The notes under the pieces were generated by a model. It did not search any database. It had not been told where the DNA came from and saw only the letters and a program-made list of their open reading frames with translations. The position numbers were made by a program, and so were the translations under genes. A stretch of 64,000 nt of DNA from Promethearchaeota archaeon (GTDB lineage: Archaea; Asgardarchaeota; Lokiarchaeia; Sigyniarchaeales; SOKP01): NCBI GenBank assembly GCA_048938855.1, contig JBHLLT010000001.1, forward strand, positions 320,124-384,123, read 5' to 3'. Below, one piece after another: positions 1 through 9,272 of the stretch (position 1 is its first letter; each line of letters starts with the position of its first letter).

Positions 1-18
1 AAACATGGAGAAAAATTT

Positions 19-2274
19 ATGTCATTAAAGGATTTCACAAAAGAAGTATTCACTCGATATGGTTTTACTGAAGAACATATTAACATATATTTAGTTTATT
101 TAAGAGTTCCACGAGCAACACCATCTGAAGTATTCATGACTTTAACAGAAGGAAATGAAGCTTTAACATACGATACTGTGTTAGAAGTCACTAATTGGTT
201 AGTTGAGAAGGGTTTCCTCAAGAGAGTTGAAGGCATTATAGATAGATACATCCCACTTCAGCCATTTTTTGAGTTATTTACTAACGAATCAGAAAAATTT
301 AGAAACGAAATCGGTGTAATTAAAGATAATATCTTAGCTGATCAATCTAATCGGTTTGAAAAGCTAGAAGAAATTCAAAACAAGAGTATTGGAGAAGTAG
401 AGACCGCTGTTGATAAACAAATCACTGAATTTTTCGAAGATTCTGATTCAAAGAATAACGATAAGAGGAATCGTATTGATAGTGCTACTAATCGTTTTAC
501 TGAAACCACTAAAACATTAGAAAGTAATATACATTCTATTATGGATAACCTTAATTCAAACCTAAAAAATATTTCAGAAACTACTGTTAGTAAAAACGAA
601 ACTGAAATAAATAAAACTAAAGATAATATTACCAGTATAATTTCAAATTTACTTAATGATTTTTCCGCCAGAGTTGAGAATTTAGATAAAGAATTAAAAA
701 TGGAACTTGATGAGCATGTAGAAAGACATAAAAATACCGCAAATCAACTTAAACCTAAAATAGATCAAATACTGGAAAAGTATCTCGAGCGGATGGATAG
801 AGTAGTTACCGATTTAAAAGCTAAAATTTCTAACTTATTAAAAGAACATACCACACATTTAAATAATACAACTGATACTCTCCAAACACGTCTAAAAGCT
901 ATAGTTGATGAGAGGCATCGAACTTTAACGGAGCAAACAAATGAGTTTAAAAATATGACATTGACTTTAATTGATAACTTACTTGAACATGCTAATAGAT
1001 TTACTGATTTTTCAGAAGATATGGGTAAAAAAGGCTTTTTCTGGATGGGAAAGAAAAAGAAATACAAAGCTCGACATGAAACAACTATTCAAAATATTTT
1101 ACAATACACCGAACCAATGAAACCTGATTTTACTAAGACTTGTGATGATTATATCACAAACACTCGAAGTACAACTGATAGTATTAAAACTGATGTAACT
1201 GATACAATGGTAAATGAAAATGATGGATTAGCAAATGAAACTAACGATCTTGACTATAAAGCACAAGAAACTATAGAAGCACAATTAGAGACTCTCGCTA
1301 CTGATTTAGCGGGAGAAGTAGACGATACCTTACAAACTGGTGTGAAAGATTGTTCTGATACAACAATAAAGTTAAAAGATACTTCAGAAAGCTCACTTAA
1401 ATCACACCATAGACAATATGATGAAGCAATAAACAATCACAAAGAAAGTTCATTGAAACATTATACTGATTTTGATCTTGAAGTAAAAAGAATAAGTGCA
1501 GATTGGACCAGAGATGTTAATACTAATTTTGAAAATGGCAAAAGAAATTGTTCAGAAAAAATAGATAGTGAAATACGATTATGGAATGCTGAAGCGAAAG
1601 ATACGGATACTAATTTAACCGATATGTTAGCAGATCATAAATCTAAATATGAACAAAACGCTAAAACACTTCAGAATAGTTTATCAAACACAACAAAAGA
1701 TACTATTCAAAATGTTAAAGATGCAATCGCAGATTTTACTCTGCAATTTATGAATTCAATTGATGATGCTACTGAATTAGGAGAAAGTAGTGAGAGTAAA
1801 TTAATTGATATTCATAATGCTTCAAGTTCAATTCCGGAAATCGCTAAAGTTACAACTTGGCCTGTGGTTGGAAAAGACGCCATGGTTGCGGCCATAAAAG
1901 ATGCTATTTATCGAGTAAAATCTTCGATTATAATCGTCACTCCATATGTGGTACCTGATATTTTACAGGTAGTTTCTGAGTATGCTTTCCAGAAAAAGGC
2001 AGCAAGGTTCATGCTCACCTCCCACTGGGATCTTTCCCAATACTCTGGAATTATAGGGAAGATGAAGCAACTTGGGAACATTCAATTTCGACAATTACAG
2101 ACAGCAGGAGAGTTTTTCGCGGTTACTAGAGATGCGGAGGAAGTCATCCTAGCCCCTGCCACAGATAAGGAAACCGAAATGATTGCTGTGGTTTCCAATC
2201 AAGAAGGATATTCAAAGTTATATAGTCAATTCATAGGACCAATCTTTCAGGCAAATTCGAGACCAATACGGTGA
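19..2274 (+). CDS. TrmB-like protein: N-terminal winged HTH, ~520-aa helical/coiled-coil insert, C-terminal TrmB effector-binding (PLD-fold) domain
   Basis: N-terminus GFTEEHINIYLVYL..ATPSEV..WLVEKGFL..RYIPLQP matches the TrmB wHTH pattern. C-terminus WPVVGKDAMVAAIKDAIYRVKSSIIIVTP..FAVTRDAEEVILAP matches the TrmB EBD/PLD-like fold, with no HKD motif. GGAG RBS upstream. Confidence 0.75.
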   Translation: MSLKDFTKEVFTRYGFTEEHINIYLVYLRVPRATPSEVFMTLTEGNEALTYDTVLEVTNWLVEKGFLKRVEGIIDRYIPLQPFFELFTNESEKFRNEIGVIKDNILADQSNRFEKLEEIQNKSIGEVETAVDKQITEFFEDSDSKNNDKRNRIDSATNRFTETTKTLESNIHSIMDNLNSNLKNISETTVSKNETEINKTKDNITSIISNLLNDFSARVENLDKELKMELDEHVERHKNTANQLKPKIDQILEKYLERMDRVVTDLKAKISNLLKEHTTHLNNTTDTLQTRLKAIVDERHRTLTEQTNEFKNMTLTLIDNLLEHANRFTDFSEDMGKKGFFWMGKKKKYKARHETTIQNILQYTEPMKPDFTKTCDDYITNTRSTTDSIKTDVTDTMVNENDGLANETNDLDYKAQETIEAQLETLATDLAGEVDDTLQTGVKDCSDTTIKLKDTSESSLKSHHRQYDEAINNHKESSLKHYTDFDLEVKRISADWTRDVNTNFENGKRNCSEKIDSEIRLWNAEAKDTDTNLTDMLADHKSKYEQNAKTLQNSLSNTTKDTIQNVKDAIADFTLQFMNSIDDATELGESSESKLIDIHNASSSIPEIAKVTTWPVVGKDAMVAAIKDAIYRVKSSIIIVTPYVVPDILQVVSEYAFQKKAARFMLTSHWDLSQYSGIIGKMKQLGNIQFRQLQTAGEFFAVTRDAEEVILAPATDKETEMIAVVSNQEGYSKLYSQFIGPIFQANSRPIR

Positions 2275-2490
2275 TTTCAGCAGAGAAAAAAGTCGAGAAA
2301 CAAAAACAAAACAAATTAAAAGAGTTTAGATATTTTTTCAATATTTTTTATTTATTAATAATTTCTATAGTATTACAAAACTATACTATAATTTCACCTT
2401 TTCTTTTCTATTTTTATATGTAAATTTGAATTTCAATTTTACAATAATGTTAAATAAATATAAAAATCTTTATTAATTCGATAAAAAGAA

Positions 2491-2916
2491 CTACCAATCT
2501 TTTTTAATCAATTTGTTTAAATCATGATATTCAGTTATTATCCAATTCATTATCTCTGATACTACTTCTTTAGATTCATTTTGTTCATTAAAAATTCGAT
2601 TTAAGTCATAAACGGGGAGTCCTACTCTGGTATATTGTAATCGTTCTTGCTCAAATCCGTTCTGAAGTAAGTGAACATTTACAATTTCTCTGATAAGTGG
2701 CGAAGTTATCAAATTCAGGTTTGTTGAAACTAAAAATCGTACTACTTGTTCAGTAATTTTTTTTGCATTAATTTTTGTAATATTTGTCTCCTTTAGGAGA
2801 GATTGGTAAATAAATCCTGGATGAAAAATATAGGTACCGGCTTTAGTATGAACTCTTGGCAGAAAATTTGAAAATTCAGGAAGTAGAGCGCTAGATTTCT
2901 TACTTTTTACAGACAC
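2491..2916 (-). CDS. Stand-alone ATP-cone domain protein resembling the N-terminus of archaeal class III ribonucleotide reductase
   Basis: SLLKET..AKKITEQV..ITSPLIREIVNVHLLQNGFEQERLQYTRVGLPVYDL follows the archaeal NrdD ATP-cone pattern (LTAPLIREIVN..TRLGLPVYD). No catalytic domain. Confidence 0.75.
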   Translation of the reverse strand: MSVKSKKSSALLPEFSNFLPRVHTKAGTYIFHPGFIYQSLLKETNITKINAKKITEQVVRFLVSTNLNLITSPLIREIVNVHLLQNGFEQERLQYTRVGLPVYDLNRIFNEQNESKEVVSEIMNWIITEYHDLNKLIKKDW

Positions 2917-3059
2917 GATTTAAAAATAGTATATTATTATTTAAGTAAAAAAAGATAAGGATTGTAAATAACTAATTGTAATATTGTAATATATACATCA
3001 ATTTAAAAATGGTTTAATGGGATTTGTTAAGATTCAGTATTCTTTTTTTATAATTTTGT

Positions 3060-4193
3060 TTAGAGTTGTATCCATATAGCAACCTCATTCGCGTCCCAAG
3101 CTGTGCCTAATATATCGATTTTATTATCATTGTTAATATCTATGGCAGAACAAGAAGAAGCACCATCAAAATTTGCTCCAACAACATGTTCAGCGAACCC
3201 TATGTTTCCAAAATTTTCAAACCAACTCACTTTATCTGCGAAAACTGCTGCACCAATAATATCAAAATCTCCATCTTTATCGAGATCAATCGGAAAAACA
3301 GAATTAGGTGCATTAACGGTAGAAACTTTATGTCTAATAAATACCAGATTACCAACATTTTCAAACCAATCGTTTGTATTTTGGGTTACCGAATTGGCAC
3401 AAATATCAATATCTCCATCATTATCCATATCGATAGGTTGTAGATCATGAACTCGTGCATAATTTGTTGTGAGTTGGATTTTTGTAAAGTTCTCTAAGCC
3501 ATCATTTTCCCAACAACAAATTTCTCCAGTATAGATATCTGACGTAGCACCAGTAATAATATCCACATCATTATCATTGTCTAAATCTGCAGCAAAAATG
3601 GATGCATGTCCTTCGTCTGATATTTCCGGATATCCGATTGAGATGATATGTTCGGTAAAGGTTTGATTTCCATCATTCTCCCACCAGGTAACTTCTTGAA
3701 TACCTGTACTTAGAATATCATTATCTCCATCAAGGTCAACGTCATAAGTATTAATGCTGTAAGCAGATTCATAATTTATAGCAATTACATGTTTTGTAAA
3801 TATTGAATCATTGTTTTCCCACCATGCAAGCTGATCACCCGACCAACTTGGTCCTAAAACATCTGGATCTCCATCCAAGTCTACATCACCAACGTTAATA
3901 AAGAATACTTCGGGAAAATTATTTTCAATGATATGTTGAGTGAAATTGAGATCATTATTTTCCCACCAAGCAATGTCACCAAGCCCATCTGATGATGAGA
4001 TTACATCAATGTCTCCATCTCCATCAACATCGGCTCCATAAATTCGTCCGGGTTGAATAAAATTACTGGCTAAAATAATCTTTGTAAAATTTGGTAAATT
4101 AGTGTAATGTAAGAGTGTTAAGTTTAATCCAATTCCAACAGTAGCACCAGCAACGATAATTAAAGTTAAAACTATTTGTAGAGTTTTTTTCAA
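3060..4193 (-). CDS. Membrane-anchored/secreted FG-GAP (VCBS-like) repeat beta-propeller protein
   Basis: Hydrophobic N-terminal anchor and seven DxDxDxDxD-type repeats (e.g. ADVDGDGDIDV, GDVDLDGDPDV, IDLDKDGDFDI), most followed by W-[WF]-E-N. Confidence 0.85.
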   Translation of the reverse strand: MKKTLQIVLTLIIVAGATVGIGLNLTLLHYTNLPNFTKIILASNFIQPGRIYGADVDGDGDIDVISSSDGLGDIAWWENNDLNFTQHIIENNFPEVFFINVGDVDLDGDPDVLGPSWSGDQLAWWENNDSIFTKHVIAINYESAYSINTYDVDLDGDNDILSTGIQEVTWWENDGNQTFTEHIISIGYPEISDEGHASIFAADLDNDNDVDIITGATSDIYTGEICCWENDGLENFTKIQLTTNYARVHDLQPIDMDNDGDIDICANSVTQNTNDWFENVGNLVFIRHKVSTVNAPNSVFPIDLDKDGDFDIIGAAVFADKVSWFENFGNIGFAEHVVGANFDGASSCSAIDINNDNKIDILGTAWDANEVAIWIQL

Positions 4194-4364
4194 AATATAA
4201 CTACACCAAATTCATTAAAGTTTGTTAAGGTGCTTTAATTTAAATTATATATAATTCTTATGATAGAAAGGTTTTTTTTTCTCAATATTACGATTTTTGA
4301 GATAATAAATATTTAGACAATGAAATACTAATTTCAATTAGTTGACTATAGATAAATCTTTTAA

Positions 4365-5624
4365 ATGACTGATGATATGTCTGAAAAAAAAGTTGAATTA
4401 ATGGCTCCATTAAAAAATTATAAATCCTTAAATGCAGTGTTAGGGAAAGCTGATGCTGTATATTTTGGTGTTGAATCATTTAACATGAGAATGTATAGTG
4501 ATAATTTTAAACTGCAAGATTTAAAGAATATTGTAAAAGATTGTCATGAAAATAATACTCATGCATATCTAACTACAAATATAGTAATTTACGAAAACGA
4601 ATTCTCTCTATTAGATAAAATATTAGATAGAGCTGTAGAGGCTGAAATCGATGCGGTGATTATTCATGATATTGGTGCTATTCAGTTAGCAAAAGAAAAG
4701 GGATTAAATTTTCACATATCCACCCAAGCTAATATTTCTAATTCTCGATCAGCAAAATTTTATGAGTCGTTAGGAGCTCAAAGGTTAATTCTTGCAAGAG
4801 AATTATCGCTTGAGCAAATTAAAGAAATTAAAAATAATATAAATAAATGTGAAATTGAAACTTTCGTTCACGGAGCCCAATGTACTTCAATTTCTGGTCG
4901 TTGTTATTTCTCCGCTGAAATTTGCCAATCTCAAGATTACTCAGCCAATAGAGGGAAATGCGTCCAACCTTGCAGAAGAAAATGGCGAGTTTATGATGAT
5001 CAAGATAACCAGTTTCTCTATGATGGCGTTTTTTTTATTAATACAAAGGATCTCTGTATGATAGAACACATTCCAAAATTAATTGATGCTGGCATTGATG
5101 CATTTAAGATTGAAGGTCGAATGAGAGATCCAATATATATTGAAGAAGCGACATTATGTTATAGGGAGGCTATTGATTCTTATTATAATAATACTTTTAC
5201 TCAGGATAAGGTTAAACAATGGCTTAATCGATTAAATAGAGTATATAATAGAGGTTTTTCTACGGGATTTTATTTTGGATTGCCAAAAGGGAGTGAAATT
5301 CAGAGAGAATATGATGGTAATATCTCTGATTATAAAAAAATTGAGATTGGAAAAGTCTTGAATTACTATCCAGAAAAGAAGGCAGTCAAAATTCTTTTAA
5401 CAGCGGGTCAACTCAAATTAAAAGATGAAATTTTCATTATAGGAACACACACAGATACATATCTTAGACAGGAAATAAAGTCTATTCAAATTAAGCAAAA
5501 GAAAAATTTGACTGAAACCCCACAGGTTTTTTCTAAGGAAGAACGAATAGCAGTGGGTATAACTGTTGATAAACCAGTTAAAAAAAATGATAAAGTTTTC
5601 AAGTTAGAACGAGTGGATAATTAA
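4365..5624 (+). CDS. Peptidase U32 family Fe-S protein (TrhP/RlhA-like RNA hydroxylation)
   Basis: ELMAP, GKADAVYFG, HISTQANISN, ILARELSL, FVHGAQCTSISGRC..NRGKCVQPCR, KIEGRMR motifs. Confidence 0.9.
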   Translation: MTDDMSEKKVELMAPLKNYKSLNAVLGKADAVYFGVESFNMRMYSDNFKLQDLKNIVKDCHENNTHAYLTTNIVIYENEFSLLDKILDRAVEAEIDAVIIHDIGAIQLAKEKGLNFHISTQANISNSRSAKFYESLGAQRLILARELSLEQIKEIKNNINKCEIETFVHGAQCTSISGRCYFSAEICQSQDYSANRGKCVQPCRRKWRVYDDQDNQFLYDGVFFINTKDLCMIEHIPKLIDAGIDAFKIEGRMRDPIYIEEATLCYREAIDSYYNNTFTQDKVKQWLNRLNRVYNRGFSTGFYFGLPKGSEIQREYDGNISDYKKIEIGKVLNYYPEKKAVKILLTAGQLKLKDEIFIIGTHTDTYLRQEIKSIQIKQKKNLTETPQVFSKEERIAVGITVDKPVKKNDKVFKLERVDN

Positions 5625-5632
5625 AAATTAAA

Positions 5633-6946
5633 TTAGTCCCATTTGGGACCTCCTGATTTTTCTACTGTATTATCATCGTCTTCGGAGTGAATTCTTTTAA
5701 GATCTATATCTTGATAACCGGGAAGAACACCTAACATCCTTCTCATGGCAAATTCAACATCTTTAGCGCTTGCAATAAATCTTCCAACAATTAAAATATC
5801 TGCTCCTTGATCTAATGCATATGATGCACTGCTTGGTTCAATTCCTCCAGCAACAGCTACTAACACTCTATCTCTTCCTGAAGCTTTCTTTTGATTTGCA
5901 TATAATTCTTTAATTTTTGGAACTAATGCCCATCTTGCTTTTTGAGAAGCATCTGGAGAGCTAGCTCCTTCTGTTGATTGCTCAACGTCAATTGCTCTAT
6001 GTATTATTACAACATCAGGTGTTTGTCTTAATGAACTGAGTTTCTCAACCGGGTTTTGAACTTCCATTGTATCAACAAAAGCATGTATCCCTAATCTTTG
6101 TGCTTCTAATATAAACTTATCAAGAGAAGCTGTTGCAGCTAAACCACTAGCAACAACAGCATCTGCAGTGGCATCAAAAGCAAAGTCAACTTCTAACTTT
6201 CCAACGTCTAACGTCTTTAAATCCGCAACAATAAATTTATCTCTAGCCACTTCACGGATCTTTTTAATAGACTCAACACCATATTTTTTAAGAAAAGGAG
6301 TGCCCACTTCGAGTATAATTCGGTCGCTTTTTGGCAATTCTTTAACAACTTTCATTTGTCTTTCCAGAGCAGGATGATCTAAAGCTACCTGGATATATGG
6401 GGGTCTCCAGAGTCTAGGAACTCGAATTCCAGCAACAGGGTGTTTTGCTCGATCTTTATCATAAAATATCTTCTCAATTGGGGGATAACTTTTTAGAGCT
6501 CTCTGGATTGCTAATTTTGTAGCCCCATAATTGTATTGATAAATTTTACGATAATCTTTAGCTTCTGGATGTATATACACGCTTGCTATAATAAGCCAAT
6601 CCTCTATTTTATTCATAGGAATAAGACCTTCTTCGACAGCATCAGCTATCCCTTTAGCAACCGCAGCCTGAGCAGGTCCAAAGATTTTGCTCGCATCTTC
6701 CATTTTGGCAACAGTGACTTTAGGAACTATTAAACTAACTGGTTTTGCCAATAGATTAGGGCGGATTCCTGCGAGTAATCCGCCATGACCTTTAGAAGGT
6801 GTACTTAACGCATTCGCGAAAGAAACTCCTACAGGTCCATCCTTAGATCCAATAATCAAATCTATGTGTGCTAAATTTGGATCACTAGCATCTCCCACAA
6901 GTGCCTCGCCGACATAATATTCAATAGCTTTAGGCATGATTTTCAC
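5633..6946 (-). CDS. fae-hps: Bifunctional formaldehyde-activating enzyme / 3-hexulose-6-phosphate synthase
   Basis: N-terminal Fae motifs (GEALVG, AHIDLIIG, IRPNL, FGPAQAAVAK, YQYNYGATKLAI). C-terminal HPS barrel (YIQVALD, ILEVGTP, VADLKTLDVG, AVAGGI, ILIVGR). Likely ATG start at 6937. Confidence 0.9.
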   Translation of the reverse strand: MKIMPKAIEYYVGEALVGDASDPNLAHIDLIIGSKDGPVGVSFANALSTPSKGHGGLLAGIRPNLLAKPVSLIVPKVTVAKMEDASKIFGPAQAAVAKGIADAVEEGLIPMNKIEDWLIIASVYIHPEAKDYRKIYQYNYGATKLAIQRALKSYPPIEKIFYDKDRAKHPVAGIRVPRLWRPPYIQVALDHPALERQMKVVKELPKSDRIILEVGTPFLKKYGVESIKKIREVARDKFIVADLKTLDVGKLEVDFAFDATADAVVASGLAATASLDKFILEAQRLGIHAFVDTMEVQNPVEKLSSLRQTPDVVIIHRAIDVEQSTEGASSPDASQKARWALVPKIKELYANQKKASGRDRVLVAVAGGIEPSSASYALDQGADILIVGRFIASAKDVEFAMRRMLGVLPGYQDIDLKRIHSEDDDNTVEKSGGPKWD

Positions 6947-7247
6947 TTTATTTTTTTACTTTGAGTTTAAATTTTTGTATAATTTTGCTGAGTTTTTCTA
7001 TTTATAATAGTGTGTGTTATGGATAATATAAAAAATTGATTATCTACATTATTTGAGAGTTAATCTTCCATTAATAAAATTATCCTTGCTTGAAATTAAA
7101 AATAGCCAATAGAAAGAATTGTTAAAATCTTTAATATTCACAGTTTATTTGTATTTTTTTCAGAGAGTACGGAAATTTTATATATTTGAATTGACATTTA
7201 TATCAAAAAGCAAAATGTTAAATTACAGAGTATAGAGGGAAAAATAA

Positions 7248-7550
7248 GTGGTATATACAATGACTGAAGGGAAATTCCCTAAAAAGCCGGGATATGGAAA
7301 TATTATAGTCACCTGTAGAAAAGATTTTAGAAATTTTAAAAAAGATAATGGAAATAGACTGATTGAACATTTTCAATCAAGAATCGAATTATTTCAGCAA
7401 TTGGGTGCTCCTAACAAGGAAGTTTTAACTCAAAAAGAGGAATTAGAAAGTGTGAGAAAACTACTCCAAGAAGGCAAAGAAGAGGTTGCATTCTCAGTAT
7501 TTTTTCGGACTTTTCCAAGTTGTCTACCTCACAGATCACATAACCTGTAA
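7248..7550 (+). CDS. Small hypothetical protein
   Basis: Clean ORF between flanking genes with typical codon usage; no recognisable motif. Confidence 0.6.
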   Translation: MVYTMTEGKFPKKPGYGNIIVTCRKDFRNFKKDNGNRLIEHFQSRIELFQQLGAPNKEVLTQKEELESVRKLLQEGKEEVAFSVFFRTFPSCLPHRSHNL

Positions 7551-7565
7551 GAAAAATGACTTATT

Positions 7566-7892
7566 TCATAAGTTTTCGATAGATTTTATTTTCCACAAGT
7601 AATTTTCAAGATCTACCTTAAATCCATCTGAAATTTTAATCCCTTCCTGTTCTAAAAGGTTTTTTTGATATTGTCGGTCTTCTATTGATTTAAGAGATAT
7701 GTTTCCATTTGAACTGATGACCCTATGCCAAGGTAAATTATATTTTTTGGAGGATGAATGTAAAACCCATGAAACTTGGCGAGCAGCTTTTGGATTTCCT
7801 GCTAGTTTGGCAATGAATCCATACGTAAGAACCTTTCCTGCTGGTATGGATTTAATAATATGAATAATTTGCTCAGTAAAATCACTAGGAAT
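7566..7892 (-). CDS. Alkyltransferase-like (ATL, MGMT family) DNA-binding protein; absent from ORF track, probable ATT start
   Basis: Manual translation: (I)PSDFTEQIIHIIKSIPAGKVLTYGFIAKLAGNPKAARQVSWVLHSSSKKYNLPWHRVISSNG..LLEQEGI. PWHRV replaces the catalytic PCHRV, as in ATL proteins. GGGTG RBS 7 nt upstream of ATT. Confidence 0.85.
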   Translation of the reverse strand: MPSDFTEQIIHIIKSIPAGKVLTYGFIAKLAGNPKAARQVSWVLHSSSKKYNLPWHRVISSNGNISLKSIEDRQYQKNLLEQEGIKISDGFKVDLENYLWKIKSIENL

Positions 7893-7924
7893 TATAATAC
7901 ACCCATTAAGATTATAACATATAA

Positions 7925-9271
7925 TTAAATTTTTCTTTGATACTTATTTTCGATATCTTTTGCATATTTATAGAGTATTTCTAATTTTTCTTGCTTTAAT
8001 TCTTTTGTCTCAAATATAAGATGATTACAATCATATTTAGAAAAATTATTTTCGAATATTCTAATTTGAAAATTTTCTTTTTCCTCCCAAAGGCGTGAGC
8101 CTGGATACGGAGTTGCTACGAAGTAATTCAACTCATCTTTCTCGTCTAGTGGAAGAGATTTTATATAATCAACTGTCTCATGAAAGCTTTCTTCAGTTTC
8201 TCCAGGTAAACCTAATACAAAATATACCTGAAGGGCAATATCATTGTTTTTAAGATTTATAATACCTTCTCTTACGCGTTCAGGGTCTTGATATTTGAAA
8301 TTTGTTTTTAAGACTCCCTCATTTGCAGACTCTATTCCCGTTGCTACTAAATTACATCCTGCTTGTTTTAATAGATGCGCTTCTTCGGGGGTTATGGTAT
8401 CTACTCTTATTTCACAACCCCATGGAATTTTTATATTATTTTCAATAAACATTTTGCAGAAATTTCTGAAAAACTCTTTATTAATATTCACGTTGTCATA
8501 AAAATTGATATGGGTATAAGTTTGTAATGATCGAATATCTTTAATCTCTTTTAAAATTGAATTAATGGTCCTAATTCTTGTAGTCTTGAAAAGATTTTGT
8601 CTTGAGCAAAATGAACATTGATTAGGGCATCCTCTATTAACTATGACGTTAGCAACAGTATAATAATAGTATTCTTGAAGTAATTTATATCGGGCAGGTA
8701 AGGGTAGACTCTCTAATTCAGTAGTTTGGACAGGAGGATTGGTAATTAATTTTCCTTTTGAATCGATATAGGCAAGCCCGTTAATAGTATGTAGATGATC
8801 GTCATATTTTCTGAACTTTTGGTGTTTTAAAATCAGAGGTACCAAAAATTTAACTAACTGTAGAAAGGAATTTTCAGCTTCTCCTATGCATATAAAATCA
8901 ATTAAATTTTCAGTTTTTACATCATGTTCTAGGACTTCCTTGTAAGTAAAAGAGACATGAGGTCCGCCCAATATTATAATATTCTCCTGACTTTGATTTT
9001 TTATTATTCTTGCGATATCTAATGCTATATCAAAGGTATTTGTGAGAGAAGTAATCCCGAAGATGTGATAATCAGCTATTCTTTCATTGATTAAATCTTT
9101 CAACTCATTCTTATCAAAATCAATAAATTGTTCAAGATCGAGAATGTCTACTGGAATACCATTTTTTTCTAAAATTGCAGCTATATAAAGTAATCCCAAA
9201 TTTGGTTCTCGAAAATACTGTGTGCGAACTTCTGAAGGTTTTGAAGTTCTAGGATTAATTAGTAGAATCAT
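7925..9271 (-). CDS. B12-binding radical SAM protein (class B methyltransferase-like)
   Basis: PNLGLLYIAAIL, ILGGPHVS, GEAE cobalamin-domain motifs; NRGCPNQCSFC cluster motif; GIES, GLPGET, TPYPGS. Confidence 0.9.
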   Translation of the reverse strand: MILLINPRTSKPSEVRTQYFREPNLGLLYIAAILEKNGIPVDILDLEQFIDFDKNELKDLINERIADYHIFGITSLTNTFDIALDIARIIKNQSQENIIILGGPHVSFTYKEVLEHDVKTENLIDFICIGEAENSFLQLVKFLVPLILKHQKFRKYDDHLHTINGLAYIDSKGKLITNPPVQTTELESLPLPARYKLLQEYYYYTVANVIVNRGCPNQCSFCSRQNLFKTTRIRTINSILKEIKDIRSLQTYTHINFYDNVNINKEFFRNFCKMFIENNIKIPWGCEIRVDTITPEEAHLLKQAGCNLVATGIESANEGVLKTNFKYQDPERVREGIINLKNNDIALQVYFVLGLPGETEESFHETVDYIKSLPLDEKDELNYFVATPYPGSRLWEEKENFQIRIFENNFSKYDCNHLIFETKELKQEKLEILYKYAKDIENKYQRKI

Positions 9272-9272
9272 T

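Noticed and set aside
1830-2274. Active phospholipase D/nuclease in the TrmB-like protein
   Set aside because: No HxK(x4)D motif; treated as a non-catalytic PLD-fold domain.
3103-3450. Short overlapping ORFs here and elsewhere (e.g. 765, 9601, 33913, 46463, 56746, 62386)
   Set aside because: Antisense or alternate-frame ORFs inside well-supported genes, with Ser/Phe/Leu-rich composition and no motifs.
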